A stretch of DNA of 64,000 nucleotides from Callorhinchus milii. Taxonomy: Eukaryota. The first letter of the stretch is position 1, and each line of letters opens with the position of its first letter. Below, piece by piece: positions 25,478 to 39,419 of this stretch. The stretch spans positions 107,200,001 through 107,264,000 of the forward strand of contig NW_024704742.1 in NCBI RefSeq assembly GCF_018977255.1, read 5' to 3'. The notes beneath the pieces are model-generated. The model was not told where the DNA came from and made no database searches. It was given only the letters and a program-made list of their open reading frames with translations. The translations under genes and the position numbers were made by a program.

Positions 25478-28034
25478 ATGGAGAAATTTAGAATATGTCA
25501 AATTCTGGGAACTATAAACGTTCAATAAATGAAGTCTAGACCTAGATGCAATTTCTCTCCAATTACAATAATAATAAACAATAACAATAATCATTATATT
25601 TGGTATAGCACCTTTAATGTCAGGAGAATGTCTCAAAAGGCTTCACAGGATATATTGCAATGTTCAGTGTTTTTTGTAGGCAAATGTGGCAACTAATTTA
25701 CACACAACAATGTCATACAAACAACCATGAAGCGAATATCATCTCCGGCAGCACGGAAAGTGACAGTAAGAGAGGTAGAGCGGGAGGTAAAGACACCAAT
25801 CATATCCAGGCCCTCTTCACACCACAGAGCCCTAAACCCTACCCTAGTTAGTTTATTGGCTAATCCATATGGTATGAGGCCACACAAAGAGTGGTGGGAA
25901 GAGAGGCAGAGTAGGAAGTATGAGGCAGTGCGGAAACGCAACAGAAAGAAAGTCTTTCAAAAAAGGCATTTTTGCATAGCTTGCGAAACATTCCAAAGCA
26001 TGATTTGGCTTAAGGCCCCAGATACCGTAATCTGGCCCTGATGGCACCAGTTTCAACAAGTTATAGTCTGATATCATCCCAAGCAAACTTGGTACTGGCT
26101 AGTTCTGTGTAACTGTGTATTAGCATAAATTAGAAACCATTAATACGAAACATATTCAGGCGTATCTGCTTTGCAATGCACTTATATCAATGTGTCCGCG
26201 TGCATTTGCGCATTTGCATACTTGCAATATACATACTTGTTTGCACAGTTAAATATTTTTTGATCAGCACTACAGTTTGGCTTTCCTGCTCAAATCAACT
26301 CAAATATATATTTTGGCACAAATGTCACTTATCATATTTCCCACATAAAATAGGCATTGTTTCTCTAGCTAGTAATATGCTCTCACTCAGGCTCTGTTTC
26401 TGGAATTCTGTCAATCACCTGTTAAACTGCAAATGTAATGTCCTCCCACAAGGGAAGCCTGAAGGGCAGCAAGACTAAATGCAGTGAGGAGCCAATCACA
26501 TGATAACCCACCAACGGCGGTCTATTCATTCATTATCCAGTTATTGAATAGCTAATGGCCACAATTTTTTTTACAGTGAATTAAATTCAGCACAGAATTG
26601 GATTAGCAAATTTTAATACAAAGTTACCTAGCGTGCGCCTCTTCCTATGATTAGCAAGAATATTTGGTATTTTATAAACTAAAATGCAGTTTCAGTTTGT
26701 CATCATTATACTTATGCAGGCAGGAGACACTGCGAACAGCTAATTTATTGCAAACGTTATAAACCTTTTAAAAAGTACATGTTTCCACACTCCTAAAATA
26801 CTGAAGGATGGATTTCTCTCCGTAATGATTCTGAGCAATGTAATGATTTTTGGCTGCTATCATATCGAGGTAATGAAGATCCCTGATTTATGGATCAATG
26901 TTAACATGGATCATTTTAAATGTAATTATATTCCCAAAATAATGACTCAAAAGCCACGATTAAAATCCCACATGAAATAGAGTATCTCCTCTTAATGTTT
27001 TTAACGGCACATCTGATGTTGAAAGTAACACAGCAATTCTACCATCATCCTTGCAGTATTCATAACAAACTGTCAACTCACATAGCTCGGGGGAAGGGGA
27101 GGTTCAGTGGGAATTTCAGCACATTGCAATATCTGTGAGGATCTAACACCATGTAGATGATGGAGAGGTGGTGTGGATTGTGAAACATCATCAGATATTA
27201 ATTCTACTCTCCACAGGTGCCTAACATATGATGGGAATGTGGAAATTGCCTCTCTTGGTTTCTAACACTGCGCCTCTTTCTGGTTGTACTATATGTAAAG
27301 TCATATGATCCAGACTGACTGCCCTTTCAATCGGGCAATGATTGACGCAAGAATCAAATGTGTATTTACCAGGAAACATTCTTTATACTTTACTCCACTA
27401 TGTTTATTTCAGTTTTCATTCTACCCAAAATATACATATATGGGCAGACTCTCAGTTTATGTTGTGAAAAGATTTAAATGAACAATGCAAGCCCTATTAG
27501 TGTACGATATGAATAGATGTGTGGACAAAATCCCTAGGTTTGTTCCCAGGATATGACCTGAGGGTGTAAAACAAAGCAAGCAATTAGAATAATATCAGCA
27601 CTGACACACACTGACTTCAGGGATGTTAAGCGAAGCAATAAAAAAACTATTTGAATAATATCAACACTTACTGCACCCAAATCTGGATTAAGGGCAACTT
27701 AAACGACTACTGCTGTAGAATGATTTTATGTTTGTTGTAAATAAATTAAATTCGGAAAATAATACAAGCTATATTAATCTTTTAAAATAATACAAAACTC
27801 CTTTTGTACATTTTTAATTAAAACCATAAAATGAAGTACACAATAAAAACTTGTCACAATGAATACACTTTAAAACAGGGAAAGGAATAACGCCTTTGCA
27901 ATTTTAGTCAGATTAATTAAAATTGTACAGGTTTTTTATTGTTTACTCATGCTTAAAAAGCGAAAAGGTAATAAATATTGGTGAGTTTGCCACACTTTGC
28001 AGTTAAATAATATGGATGGGCTTTGGACTTCTAA

Positions 28035-28397
28035 TCCTGTAGTTTAGTGGTTAAAGCACTCACCTCGCAAGCAAGAAGATCTGGGTTCGATTCCCGAGTG
28101 GGGCGACACCTTTGGCAAGTTTCCTTACTCCACACGCCTCTGTTTACCCAGCAGTAAGTAGGAACCCGGCTGTTAGTTGATCGGCTGATCGCTTTCAAGG
28201 GGTAAATCCCTGGAAAAAATAAGAAGAATGTGGTCACTCAATCCAGGATTGTTTGTGGGACACTGCTGTGTGCAATTGGCTGCCGTGTTTCGCCCACAAA
28301 ATATACAGTCACTACACTTTACAATATATCCTGTGAAGCTCTTTGAGACATCTTGAAGACATGATAAGGTGGTAGCTCAAATGCAAGGATTACTATT
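28035..28397 (+). mobile_element. tRNA-derived SINE, subfamily B
   Basis: Full head, CORE-like block and tail. Confidence 0.85.
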
Positions 28398-28759
28398 TTT
28401 ATGTATACAAGCTTAAGATTTCTGCACTTCAGAGCTTTCAACAACAACAACAACAACTTGCACTTACATAGCACCCTCCAAGCAGGGTAACAGAGCCTGA
28501 CTCCAAGCTGGGGGCGAGGGGGTGTGGGGGGGGGGGGGGGGCGGGCAGGGAAGGTGACCATAAGTATGGTCGAAAAGGAAGGTTTTCAGGCGGGACTCAA
28601 GGATAGCAAAGAAAGAGTTAATGACCAGCTCAAACAAACACGGGATCCTACTCTAAATCATTCTGTTGACATAACAGTCACAGTTGTAATAAAGAGGCAT
28701 CTGTAGCGGCAAAACATTATATACTGCATGTACTTCAGCAACACAGATGACTCATTGTG

Positions 28760-29348
28760 AAGGAACAGTTGTTGTATTATACAAATGTAATGTTGTTGTA
28801 TTCCTCCTCAGAGCTCTTGCCTATGTCTTCCTTCTGTAAACTTTTATCAAATCGCGTTCTTCTTCCGATTTTGATTGACAGGAAGCCCAATGCCCAGCTC
28901 TTGGTATTCTCTAATTCAGCTAATTTCTCTGCATGTAATTTTGCCTTTTCACAGACAGAATTACAATACTCCTTTGGGACACAATGAGAACCTTCAAGCA
29001 AAGACACAGTGGTGGGAAGATCTATCTTAAACTACTACAGAAATGTATTTCCTCCTGACATCTGCACCCAACTGAACATTTATGGAATAACCTGTACAAA
29101 GAAGTAATAGTTCAGTTATACAAGAAACACTTGATTTCCTACAAGCTGGATATGTCGTTGGATGTGGAAGCACCATTCCGAAACATGTTTAGTATTGCTA
29201 TGAAGTTGTCTATTTGATTAAGAACCAATACCAGAGTCAATTCAAACTACAATCTAGTTTTAGAGAAAGGTTGAGCTTTCTTTCTCGTGATACTTTCAGA
29301 CAGAGTACTCCGTTGCTTTGTTGATGAGTGAAATATATTGCACAGCGC
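28760..29348 (-). pseudogene. Decayed exon-like segment, copy 2 of the internal duplication
   Basis: Acceptor caatcttttttgcccttttccag precedes 29348. Contains KIDLPTTVSLLEGSHCVPKEYCNSVCEKAKLHAEKLAELENTKSWALGFLSIKIGRRTRF; the upstream part has stops. Confidence 0.45.
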
Positions 29349-30198
29349 CTGGAAAAGGGCAAAAAAGATTGAATCAACAGTTGAAGTTATTACATTGCAA
29401 AGAACAAGGTTTTTGTAATCTGACATTCATTGAACATACAAAACCTTGGAATTCTTTTACAAAATATATCTGAAAATCTTTTATGCTGACCTATTACATT
29501 GTTCCCATGTCATGTGTATCTGTGGCACTGTAACCTGGATGCATTGAATAAAGCTTTCCATTACTTCAACGCTTTTTTCTCTTAGATAAATTTGTAACGA
29601 AGAATTAAGCAAGACTGGTTTTGTCCAAAGTATCAGATGTTCAGTACAACACACATCCAGAACACTGAGCTGCCTTGACCTCTCTGATAATGGTTACAAT
29701 GTTAGCTACCAGAGAAATAAATATTATAGATCATAGTCAAAGTGATATGTTTTGAGAACTACCTTGAAGCCAATTGTACTATTGATGCCAATAAAAAACA
29801 ACAAAATTACACTTATAGAGCGCCCTTCACATCAGGAGCGCTGAACAGTCAGATGTCGGGGCCAGGTTGTTTATTGTTAAGAACAATGTGCAATATACCA
29901 TGAAGAACACATGTCAGTCCTTATGTTTTACACTCATTTGCTTTTGAAAAGAAAGGAGACTCCCACGTAATCTAACCGAGGATCACGAAGGATACTGACA
30001 TAACTTGTTCATTATTCATTTCAGAGAAGAATTTGAACACCAGGGGAAATGGGATAAGTGAGCTCATGTGTCTTTGATTCAAAGTGCAGGAGAAACAATT
30101 TCAAAAATTTCACAAGCCATCTATTGCTCAGCACCGTGATTTTCACAAAGATTTAATCAAGATAGTAAATAATGAGGAGATATCTTTGATATGTACTA

Positions 30199-31613
30199 CA
30201 GTAAATTCGAGATAACTCGTCACTCCAAGGGAAAACAGCTCAGCAACTAGTTATCCAGAGTGGTGAATTAAGCACCTACACCAACACACACTGTACCTGT
30301 GTAATGTGAGCAGTTATCAGTGTAACTAAGTGGCCCCCGGGTTATCAGTTTATTTGTTAAAACCCGTTTATTAAGTTTATGTATAGGCATATTTGTCTTC
30401 AAAATGCACTTAGTTTCTGTTTCCTTGTGCTTATTTCTGTTACTGTATTGGAAACTGCACTTCTCAGGAAATGTATTGTAGTATATTAAAATACAAAGCT
30501 ACTACTGTACTTCCAGGTTATATGTTAAAACTAAACATCTTTATGTATTAAACAATTTACATAAAACAAAATACACTGGACTATATTCTTGACATTTTTA
30601 ACATGACAAAACCTGGCAGAGAGTCAGATATCACTCATCTATTGTCCTATAAATGCACAACTTTCTCTCCCCAACTTGCAAAGTACTATATTTCATACAG
30701 AAGCACATGTTCACCAGTGAGTTTAACCACATTGCCATTCTAGAAATACAATTGTAGTAATATTACTGAAAGCAACAATCAGAAATTAAAAAAGTAATAA
30801 TAATAATAATCCTTGCATTTGATATTGTGCCTTATCACATCTTCGAGATGTCTCAAAGCCCTTCACAGAATATACTGTAAAATGAATTGACTATAGACTT
30901 TGCGGGTGAAATACGGCAGCCAATTGCGCAAACACAAACAGTTGTGGATTGAGTGAACAATTTATTATTATATTTTATTACTCCCGCAAAAGCGATTCAC
31001 CAATCAACTACTTACTGCTAGGTTAACAGAGGCGTGTGGAGTAATGAAACTTGCCCAATATTTCGCTCTGCTGGGAATCGAACCCAGGTCATTTGCTTGC
31101 GAGGCGAATGCTCTAACCACTGAGCTCCAGGATTCCAAGTAGCTTGCAAAATGCAGTAATGATTTCAATGATCTACTTGGGAAAAATTGTCTGTGATATT
31201 CTTTTGTGGGGCCTCAGATGAAAAAAACTGTCACGAACCGCAGAAAGGCGGCTAAGCTCGTGTAAAGTATCATCCGCCCCTTCCAACGTGGCTCTGATTG
31301 ACGGTCTCGGTTGTCAGTCAGTGTCAGGGGGCAAGATGAGGGGATGTGATTGCAGTGGATCAGAGAGCTGCAGGCATAGTAAAGACAAGGCCGCTGATCA
31401 CGAGCGTTCACTTCGGGTCCTGGCGAGTTATCTGATTGAGTTTACATTGAGTTCAATGATGGGAATTTCTAGAATGTGATTAGTTATGTATTAAATGGAG
31501 TGACAAATCAAGAGATCCTTATTAACATTTTGCAATGGAGTGTGACCGGGATAATGACAGCATGGCTACTTAAGTGGTAGTGACTAGTTTCTCTTGTTAT
31601 CCGGAGTTCACTG
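30199..31613. mobile_element. Tigger/pogo-like (Tc1-mariner superfamily) non-autonomous DNA transposon
   Basis: TA|CAGTAAATTCGAGATAAC ... GTTATCCGGAGTTCACTG|TA: imperfect TIRs with a TA duplication. A SINE is inserted inside. Confidence 0.65.
30795..31136 (-). mobile_element. tRNA-derived SINE, subfamily B, nested in the DNA transposon
   Basis: Consensus match. Confidence 0.85.
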
Positions 31614-31948
31614 TACTAACTTTGCTCAAGATCCAATAATAATAAGTAAATAATCCTTGGATTTAATATAAAGCCTATAATGTCAATATGTCTGACAGCG
31701 CTTTACAAGCAATTGCTGTCAAGTTCATTTACCATATGTCTGTACGCAAACATAGCAGTCGATTTTCACTCAGCAAGTCCCACAGACAGCTATGAAGCAT
31801 ATGATAAATTTAGCAGGAGGACTGTTGGTGGAACAAAGGTGAAAGAATGTAAGGGAGAACAGGCTGTTCATCTTTACTGTGCAATTATAGAACAAATTTG
31901 TATTCAAACATAATGGACAAAGAGTGCAGGAAGTTACAAGCAGATATT

Positions 31949-32262
31949 GGAGTCCTGTAGCTCAGTGGTTAGAGCACTCGCCTTGCAAGCAACAGACCTG
32001 GGTTCAATTCCCAGCAGGGTGAAACCTTGGGCAAGTTTCCTTACTCCACACGCCTAATAATAATCCCTCCAAAAAACAAAACAATAGTAAATCGGTCATT
32101 TTCAATCCACAAATGTTTGTGGGACACTGCTGTGCGCAATTGGCTGCCACGTTTCGCCCACAAGTATATGGTCAATTCACTTTAGAGTATATTCTGTGAA
32201 GCGCTTTGAGAAGTCTAGAAGACGTGAAAAGCATTATATCAAATGCAAGGATTATTATTATT
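31949..32262 (+). mobile_element. tRNA-derived SINE, subfamily C
   Basis: Consensus match. Confidence 0.9.
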
Positions 32263-33879
32263 CACAGGTTATTTGAGTGAACAGATTGGCGCAAAATGGA
32301 GTTCAATATAGATGTGAAGTGATGGATTTGGAGGAAAAGGAGATGGTGCAGAATTACAATTCTCAATGGAGCAGAGGAACAGAGGGATCTGAGAGTACAA
32401 TTACATATGGGGTAAAGTTCCACCTACATCTAAATTATAAGAATAACAATCTTTGCATTTGATATAGCACCTTATCATATCATTGAAGTTCTTCTCAGGA
32501 TATACAGTAACGTGGATTGCCTGTGTATTTTGTGGGCGAAATGCGGCAGCCAATTTGTACACAACAATTTCCCACAAACATCCATGGAATGAAAGACCAA
32601 AGCTGCTCACTGCTCATCCAGCTGGGCGCACCCTACCTTTGGGTTTTGCTTGCAGGATTAAAAGAAGTCGTGTTGGAATAATCCCTGCTGTAGGTCTGCC
32701 CCTTCAAATCCGGTCGATCAACAAGGCTGGCTCGTCTGTCATCAATAATGCCCTGGAGTACTGCGAGCCTGCCCGGCTCGATTCTGACATTCTGTGACCA
32801 AGCATTTCACCTTGGAGTGTCACCTGAGCTCCAAGGAGACCCTGCTTACCTTCCCCTCCAAGGAGGTTAGTCACCAGTTTTTCAATTACAAATACATACA
32901 GAGTAAAATAATTCTGTACCTATCATCCTGAATATGCTGGACAAATAGCACATGAATTCTTTGGAAACTTTCCTGAACAAACTGAATTCTAAAGATGGCT
33001 CTGCAGCCACAGAAAGCCAAGAATCAGAAGAAACACAAGGCACTTTGATCTTTGATCTCACAAGATGTTCTGATGTTATTTTAACAAAAAAATCTGCCAC
33101 TCCTTGTGAACCTCTAAACTTGTAACCCAAAGACTACCAACTCCACATCAGAACTTGAACTCATAGTCTAGGTTAACACTGCCTTGCAGGACTGGGGAAC
33201 TGCTGCAATATTGTTGAAATTATTTTCAAAATGCTGTAATGTGTTATAAAATGCAATGTATTTTTTCTTCCAATTTACTAACAAGTGGAACATCAGTTTC
33301 CTAATATTCTTATTGAAGAATCTTCAAAGCAAAAAGGTTCGCAGATTTAGTAAAATGTACAACTATTTGAAGGTTTACTTAATTCCCAATGTGTTTTTAC
33401 AGCTTTTCAGGTCTGTGACAGAGGGACTCAGCTTTCCTTCTCTTTGCTATGTGATGTGGTTCACTGTACTGTGGATTAAACTCTCTTCACCAACATGACA
33501 TGCAGGAGCAGCCATTGTCCTTGGGATGTGCTTGGAACTGTTTCTGCAATAATTCAACCGCGCATTAAAATATTAATGGCTAACTGATTTAATCGATTAA
33601 TATTAATGAATGAAGAAATGAATTAATTTATTTAAAGCAATTAAACTAGCAGCGCTTACAAATATTAGAAGATGTGTTGAAAATTGGAATGTGTGATGTG
33701 TCAATTATCACCGGTGATCATTATCATCCTGTTGATAAATGGAGTTGAGCTGGTCGATAAGAAGTCTGGCCACAAGTGTGACCCCCTCTACTCTGTAACA
33801 GAGACTGGGCTGAGGTGGAAGGGGGAGAGTCACGTGTCATACCTGCAATAAGTCTAATTACTAAATATCTTGGTCACAT

Positions 33880-34455
33880 TTATCAACAATGGGTTATAAT
33901 TAACACAATTTATTTCATAAAAAGCAGCTTGTTGCTGTGATGGGAAGATGGGTAATTCTGGAGTTCAGATGTATCTGAGATGCCCATTTGCATCATTTTA
34001 CTGCTCACAGTCTGAAGGTTGATTGCAAGCCCCACGTCTAGACCTGGCTTGAATGTCGCATCCAAAGGACAACACCTCCAATGCAAAGCACCCCAGCACT
34101 GCATTGGAGTGTCAGCTTAGACTGTATGATTCCAAGTCCTGACATGGGGCTTGAACCCACAACCCTTTGCCTCAGAGGCGAGAGTGCTACCACTGAGCCA
34201 AATGAGCTTTAGCAACACAAACTGTAGACTCGAATTGTATGTGAACAATGACATGGGTTGAAAGTGGTCCCTATTTTTAAATAATTTGTGCAAATTAGGT
34301 CTAATAATGAGCAGTAAAATGGTGTAAATGGGCATCTCAGATACATTCATTTCACTGTTATGTTTGCTGTAATCATTTCTCCCCATCGCTGAGTTCACAT
34401 AGAGTTCTGGAAACACCATGGGACAAAGAACAATTCATTAAAACCCGTTGATTAT
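33880..34455. mobile_element. Palindromic MITE-like element containing a Deu-SINE 5' fragment (about 34010-34205, -)
   Basis: Inverted arms at 33968-34007 and 34308-34346 (about 40 bp, 2-3 mismatches), with weaker outer inverted ends. Confidence 0.6.
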
Positions 34456-36409
34456 TCACATTGTTGACAGCACAGCACCCATACTGTGTTGCCAGCCATA
34501 ACGCTATTGCATAATCTTAACACTACGTATTTTCTCACACCTGCCTCATCTGATGTACATGGTTTAAGATAATACAAACAGTGTGTGTTAGAGTACAGCT
34601 TATAAATAACCATGACATCTTATTCAACCTGATATTTGCATAAGTTCCTAGCTTGTCATGTCGCAAAGTAAATTATTTTTCAGCAAATGCGACATGACGT
34701 ATCAAAATAGAAAAAAATCAAGGTCTGGTGAATCTCCGAACACGGCATGTAATGTGTATGCCAACACAGTATTGTTACAAACAAATACTCCCTTAAACTT
34801 AATGGCTTAAGAAAAACATGCAACACATTGCAGAGCGACCCTGTTATAATAAACAGTCTAGGTCTATGAATTCAGACTCTACCCCCACTGAAACAAAGTG
34901 TGAAAAAATGATTGTCAGGTCAGTGCTGATGGCACTTCCTGTGCGTTGTACACATGTGCACAAATTGTCACTGACATTACTTGCTTTGCAAAGTGACATC
35001 GGTATCACTTTCTGCACAGAGCACAATGTGCAGCACACAGAAAATGACATCAGGAGTGACTAGAAGACGTGATAAGGCGCTATATCAAATACAAGGATTA
35101 TTATTATTATACCTTTCTTATAACCCGGTAGGCAGCAATTGTTTTAGCAGGGAAAGCCAGTTAGTCCATGTCAGAAATGTACTGTATGGCCAATAACTGT
35201 GTGTCCACAGCAGACAGGCGTTAAGAGCAAACATGTCCTCTAGAGAGATGCTTTATAATGTGGTCTACCTGTATTTAAGATCTCCTTGTTCACATGTTTA
35301 CAGAAGGCTGTATTTTATAACAAATGCAAACTTATCATCTTAACACAATATGCAAACTATGCTTTGGACAGCAATGTCCCACAAACAGTTGTGGATTGAA
35401 GTAATATACAGGAATCAGCTGTTTGAACCTACTCATATCTTCAAGCAAGCATATATCAAATATATATATGTATATCAAATATACATATATCAAAACTAAT
35501 GTGTATCACATGGAAGAGAAATCTCTGACCTGACTAGTACCGTCACCTGAGATAAAGAAAATGTGAGAAAGCAATTCACAGAAACATATCGAGTTATTTT
35601 TTTTCACAACTGCTTCATAGCATTGTACACATTGTACACTAAAGTCTATTTCTAGGTGTGGCCAAGACAACTTGCTACTGATAGCAATTAAGCCCAATTG
35701 ATTTTTGTAAGGAACCATTGTCTGCGTAACACTTTTCTTCCTAGTCTCTCTAAATTGCCTGCCATTCGACGTGATTTGATTCCCTAGAAAGGGCTGAGAT
35801 AATATCTGTATAATGTGTAATAATTAACTTTTGTTTTATAAAAAAAGTTTAAAGAAATATTTAATTAGAGTTTGTTCCAGAGTAACAATATATTTTTAAA
35901 AATCCTTGCATTTGATATGGAACATTACACATCGGGAAGGTGTCTCAAAGTGCTTCACATGCTATTCTGTAAAGTCTAGTTACTGTGTAATTTGAAGGCT
36001 AAGTATTTATGAAGGGAAATAGTATTGAAATATTTGGATTTGATAGCTACTGTATGACCCTTAAGGCCCTGCAGATAAGATCATTTGTTTTACCAGTGTT
36101 GTTCCACTGAGCCACGGACTTTGGCGAGTAATTTCAGTGCAATGCAATAAAAAGACTTGTAAGATTAACCTATCTTTTTCAATAAAGTGACCACGTCAAT
36201 CTTTAATCTTCCTTTGACTGGACTGGGTGAAAATGGGGGTTTGAGCTGGCTGTTCAAGACCACAAATATTATTGATGTGGGCTTCAGATGAGGAATAGAG
36301 ATTGGATACGTGGAGGCATGGGAAAGATTTTAGAAGTAAAAGCATTAAGAAATAAGATAAAAGAAGTAATTAAGATAAAATTGTTGAAATGGATAGTTAT
36401 AAGAAAGGT

Positions 36410-36789
36410 ATAATAATAATAATAATAATCCTTGCATTTTGATATAGCGCCTTATCACGTCTTCTAGATGTCTCAAAGCGCTTCACAGAATATACTGTAA
36501 AGTGAATTGACTGTGTGTTTTGTGGACAAAATGCAGCAGCCAATTGTGCCCAGCAGTGTCCCACAAGCAGTCGTAGATTGAATTACCAACTGATTATAAT
36601 TTTTTTTTAGGGATTATTACCCCTAGAAAAGCGATCTGAAATTGACTAACAACCGAGTTCCTACTTACTGCTAGGTAAACAGAGGCGTGTAGAGTAAGGA
36701 AACTTGCCTAACATTTTGCCCTGCTGGGAATCAAAACCAGGTCCTCTCGCTTGCGAGCAAGTGCTCTAACCATTAAGCTACAGGACTCC
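36410..36789 (-). mobile_element. tRNA-derived SINE, subfamily B
   Basis: Full-length consensus match. Confidence 0.9.
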
Positions 36790-38484
36790 ACTGTAACTAT
36801 ATTATAAAATAACAGTGAAAATCCATGCAAATGAAGGATAGTAAAATGAACAGGGGATAAATGACCAGGAAGAAACGGTGGGGGTGGGGGGGGCTGGAAG
36901 TGACATTTTTTCCCCTCTTTGTTTTGTCTTAGATTAATCCTTTACTGATGTTAGTGATAGGTCCTGAGGAACAATTCCACAGGCACTGGAAGCCTGTGGT
37001 ATCTCCCTAAGTGACATGGGAGAGAGATGACATACTATCTTACTTTCCTGCCGAAGGTCTTGCATGACTTGCATCTCAGTTATTTGATTTTCAAAACCTC
37101 CCATCACGATGGTAACCATCACAACAGGGCCCATTTCAAGGAATAGCCAGTTAATTGGGATAGTTTTGTCGACTAATTTAAACCTTGCAGCTAATCCTGA
37201 ATTGGAAGCTGGTGAATTTACCTGGATTTCTACTTACAGTCTATTCCAGGGATTATATAAATGTAAAGGTGAAAAATGATATGTGTTCTGTCCATCGGAT
37301 TAATGAAAATGATTAATGCTGACAATACTGATGTATATGGAATCATATGCCTCATGGTAGGACAGAAACCTCCCATGGAGCAGAAGAGGAAAAGCCTCCT
37401 TGATTTTCAGAGGGATTACAGATGATGAAAGCAGGACCTTCCGAAATTTTGTGGGTTTTCAAGTATAGTTGAATATGTCTGAAACCTTAATTTATGTGCT
37501 ACAAACAAACGTTACCTCACAACAGAGCAGTGTATTCTTCTAAGTGCCTATTTAATTGATGTGCAAGTGAAACAGGAGTTATTTTACTGTACTTTGTGAC
37601 TGGTCAGAAATCATACAATGATCTGGTTTGGCTATGCTTATTCCTATGTTCTTATATATTTGAGAGCAAAAGTTCACTTTTGCTATGGCCATAGACAACG
37701 CACCTTAGAAGGATTGGACCTTGGACAAAACATTTCAGAATCAATCAAAACTCCTTTCCCCTCCAGCTTCAGCCCAATGGTTGGACCCAAAGATTTCCAC
37801 ATTTACAAGAGGCTTAGCTGAAAAAGGCATTTAATTGTTTGCTGTTGTTATTTTCAACAGCAGAACATAGCATTGCAGTGCTGCTTCATAGAACACTGAC
37901 TTGACTCACATTGAATTAGGCTGGTATTATGTGAAGTGGCATTGAAATACTGTTCTCACAGCCAACAGTGGAAAGAAAGATATAGATACAATGCAATGTC
38001 GTTTACATTTGTCTTTCACATCAGGAGGAAGTCTCAAAGATCTTGACACTGTTGGCTGGACGCCTAAACTGAGGGTGAGAGCCAAGGGAAGTTAGGAGAG
38101 ACAAGTTGACCAAAAGTATGGTCAATTAGGTACTTTTTGGAACAGCCCTTGAATGAGGGAAGGTGGAGGCTGAAATTGGGAGATATTTTACAACCGAAAA
38201 AGAATAATAATTATTGACTGAAACTGCAATGTTTCTTAACAAATTTGGTGTGGTATTTATCACACTGAATGTTATGAAACATTGCGTGTTTCACCCCTAC
38301 ATATAATCTGATTTTGAGCGATAGGCTTGGAGGAAGAAAAGAAGGCACTGGAGACATTAACGAGAAAACAAATATTATTTTACTGCAACAACTGGAATAA
38401 TATTAGAGGCAAATAAACATTATTACTTTACTCTGCAAAGAAGCAATGCACATGTAACCCAAGTAACTTAGTCAACACCTGAAA

Positions 38485-38880
38485 TAATAACAATAAGAAT
38501 CTCTACATTTTATATAGCACCTTAACACATCATCAAAACTTCTCAAAGTGCTTCACAGGATTTATTGTAAATTGTAGTGACTATGTACTTGTAGTTGAAT
38601 GCGCTGACCAATTTACACACAGCAATGTCCCACAAACACCTGTGATGTGAATGACCAATTTTATCTGGGGAATTACTGGCCAGGACTTTAGGAGAAACTC
38701 CTCTCTCTTTTTGAATAGTGCCAAGGGAACTTTAATGTCCACTTGAACAAAAAGACAGGACTTTTGACAATGTAACACTCTCCATCAGAGTGTCAGCCAG
38801 ACAGTTGAGCTCAAAGTCCTGATGTGAGTCTTGAACTTACAACCTTCTGACTGAAATGTGAATGCTACCAATTGACACAC
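38485..38880 (-). mobile_element. Deu-domain SINE, subfamily A
   Basis: Deu domain and tail. Confidence 0.75.
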
Positions 38881-39419
38881 AAATAGATAGATAGGTAAAT
38901 ATCTCCCTGAATCAGAGATGATGATGGGTCACACCTGAAACAGTAACTTATCTTTGCATTTCAAATATTGACTTACTGTACATTTTTTAAATTCTCTGCT
39001 CTATTTCACATTATTTTGCTCACAAAATATACAATCAATTCACTTTACAGAATATTCTGTGAAGTGCTTTGAGACATTTTGAAGACGTGATGAGGTGCTA
39101 TATCAAATGTAAGGATTATTATTATTCTGAACATTACATTTTGTCTAGATTGTTTGGAGTGTGTTCCCCTGAATGCAGAAATATAACCATTCAGACCTTG
39201 CTATGTTATGAAACGTTGTGTGTTGTGTCTGTGCTGGCTCCTTAAAAGAGCAATCCATTCACTCTCATTTACCTGCCTTTTCCCCATATCCCTGCCATCA
39301 TCCACCAAACAGATAGGGGGGACCTCGTTTTAATGTCTCACCTGAAGGATGGCATCTCTGATAATGCAGCGCACTGCTCTAGTCTATGAGCTCAAAGTGT
39401 CAACGTAGTCTTGAACCTA

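Noticed and set aside
25727..26041. 104-aa basic ORF
   Set aside because: No recognisable homology or splice context. It ends at TAATCTGGCCCTG, which resembles a hAT-type terminal repeat, so it is probably a transposon remnant.
28510..28550. Poly-G tracts (also about 50756-50790) as functional G-quadruplexes
   Set aside because: The first lies within an L2 3' UTR remnant. Both are simple homopolymer expansions with no other support.
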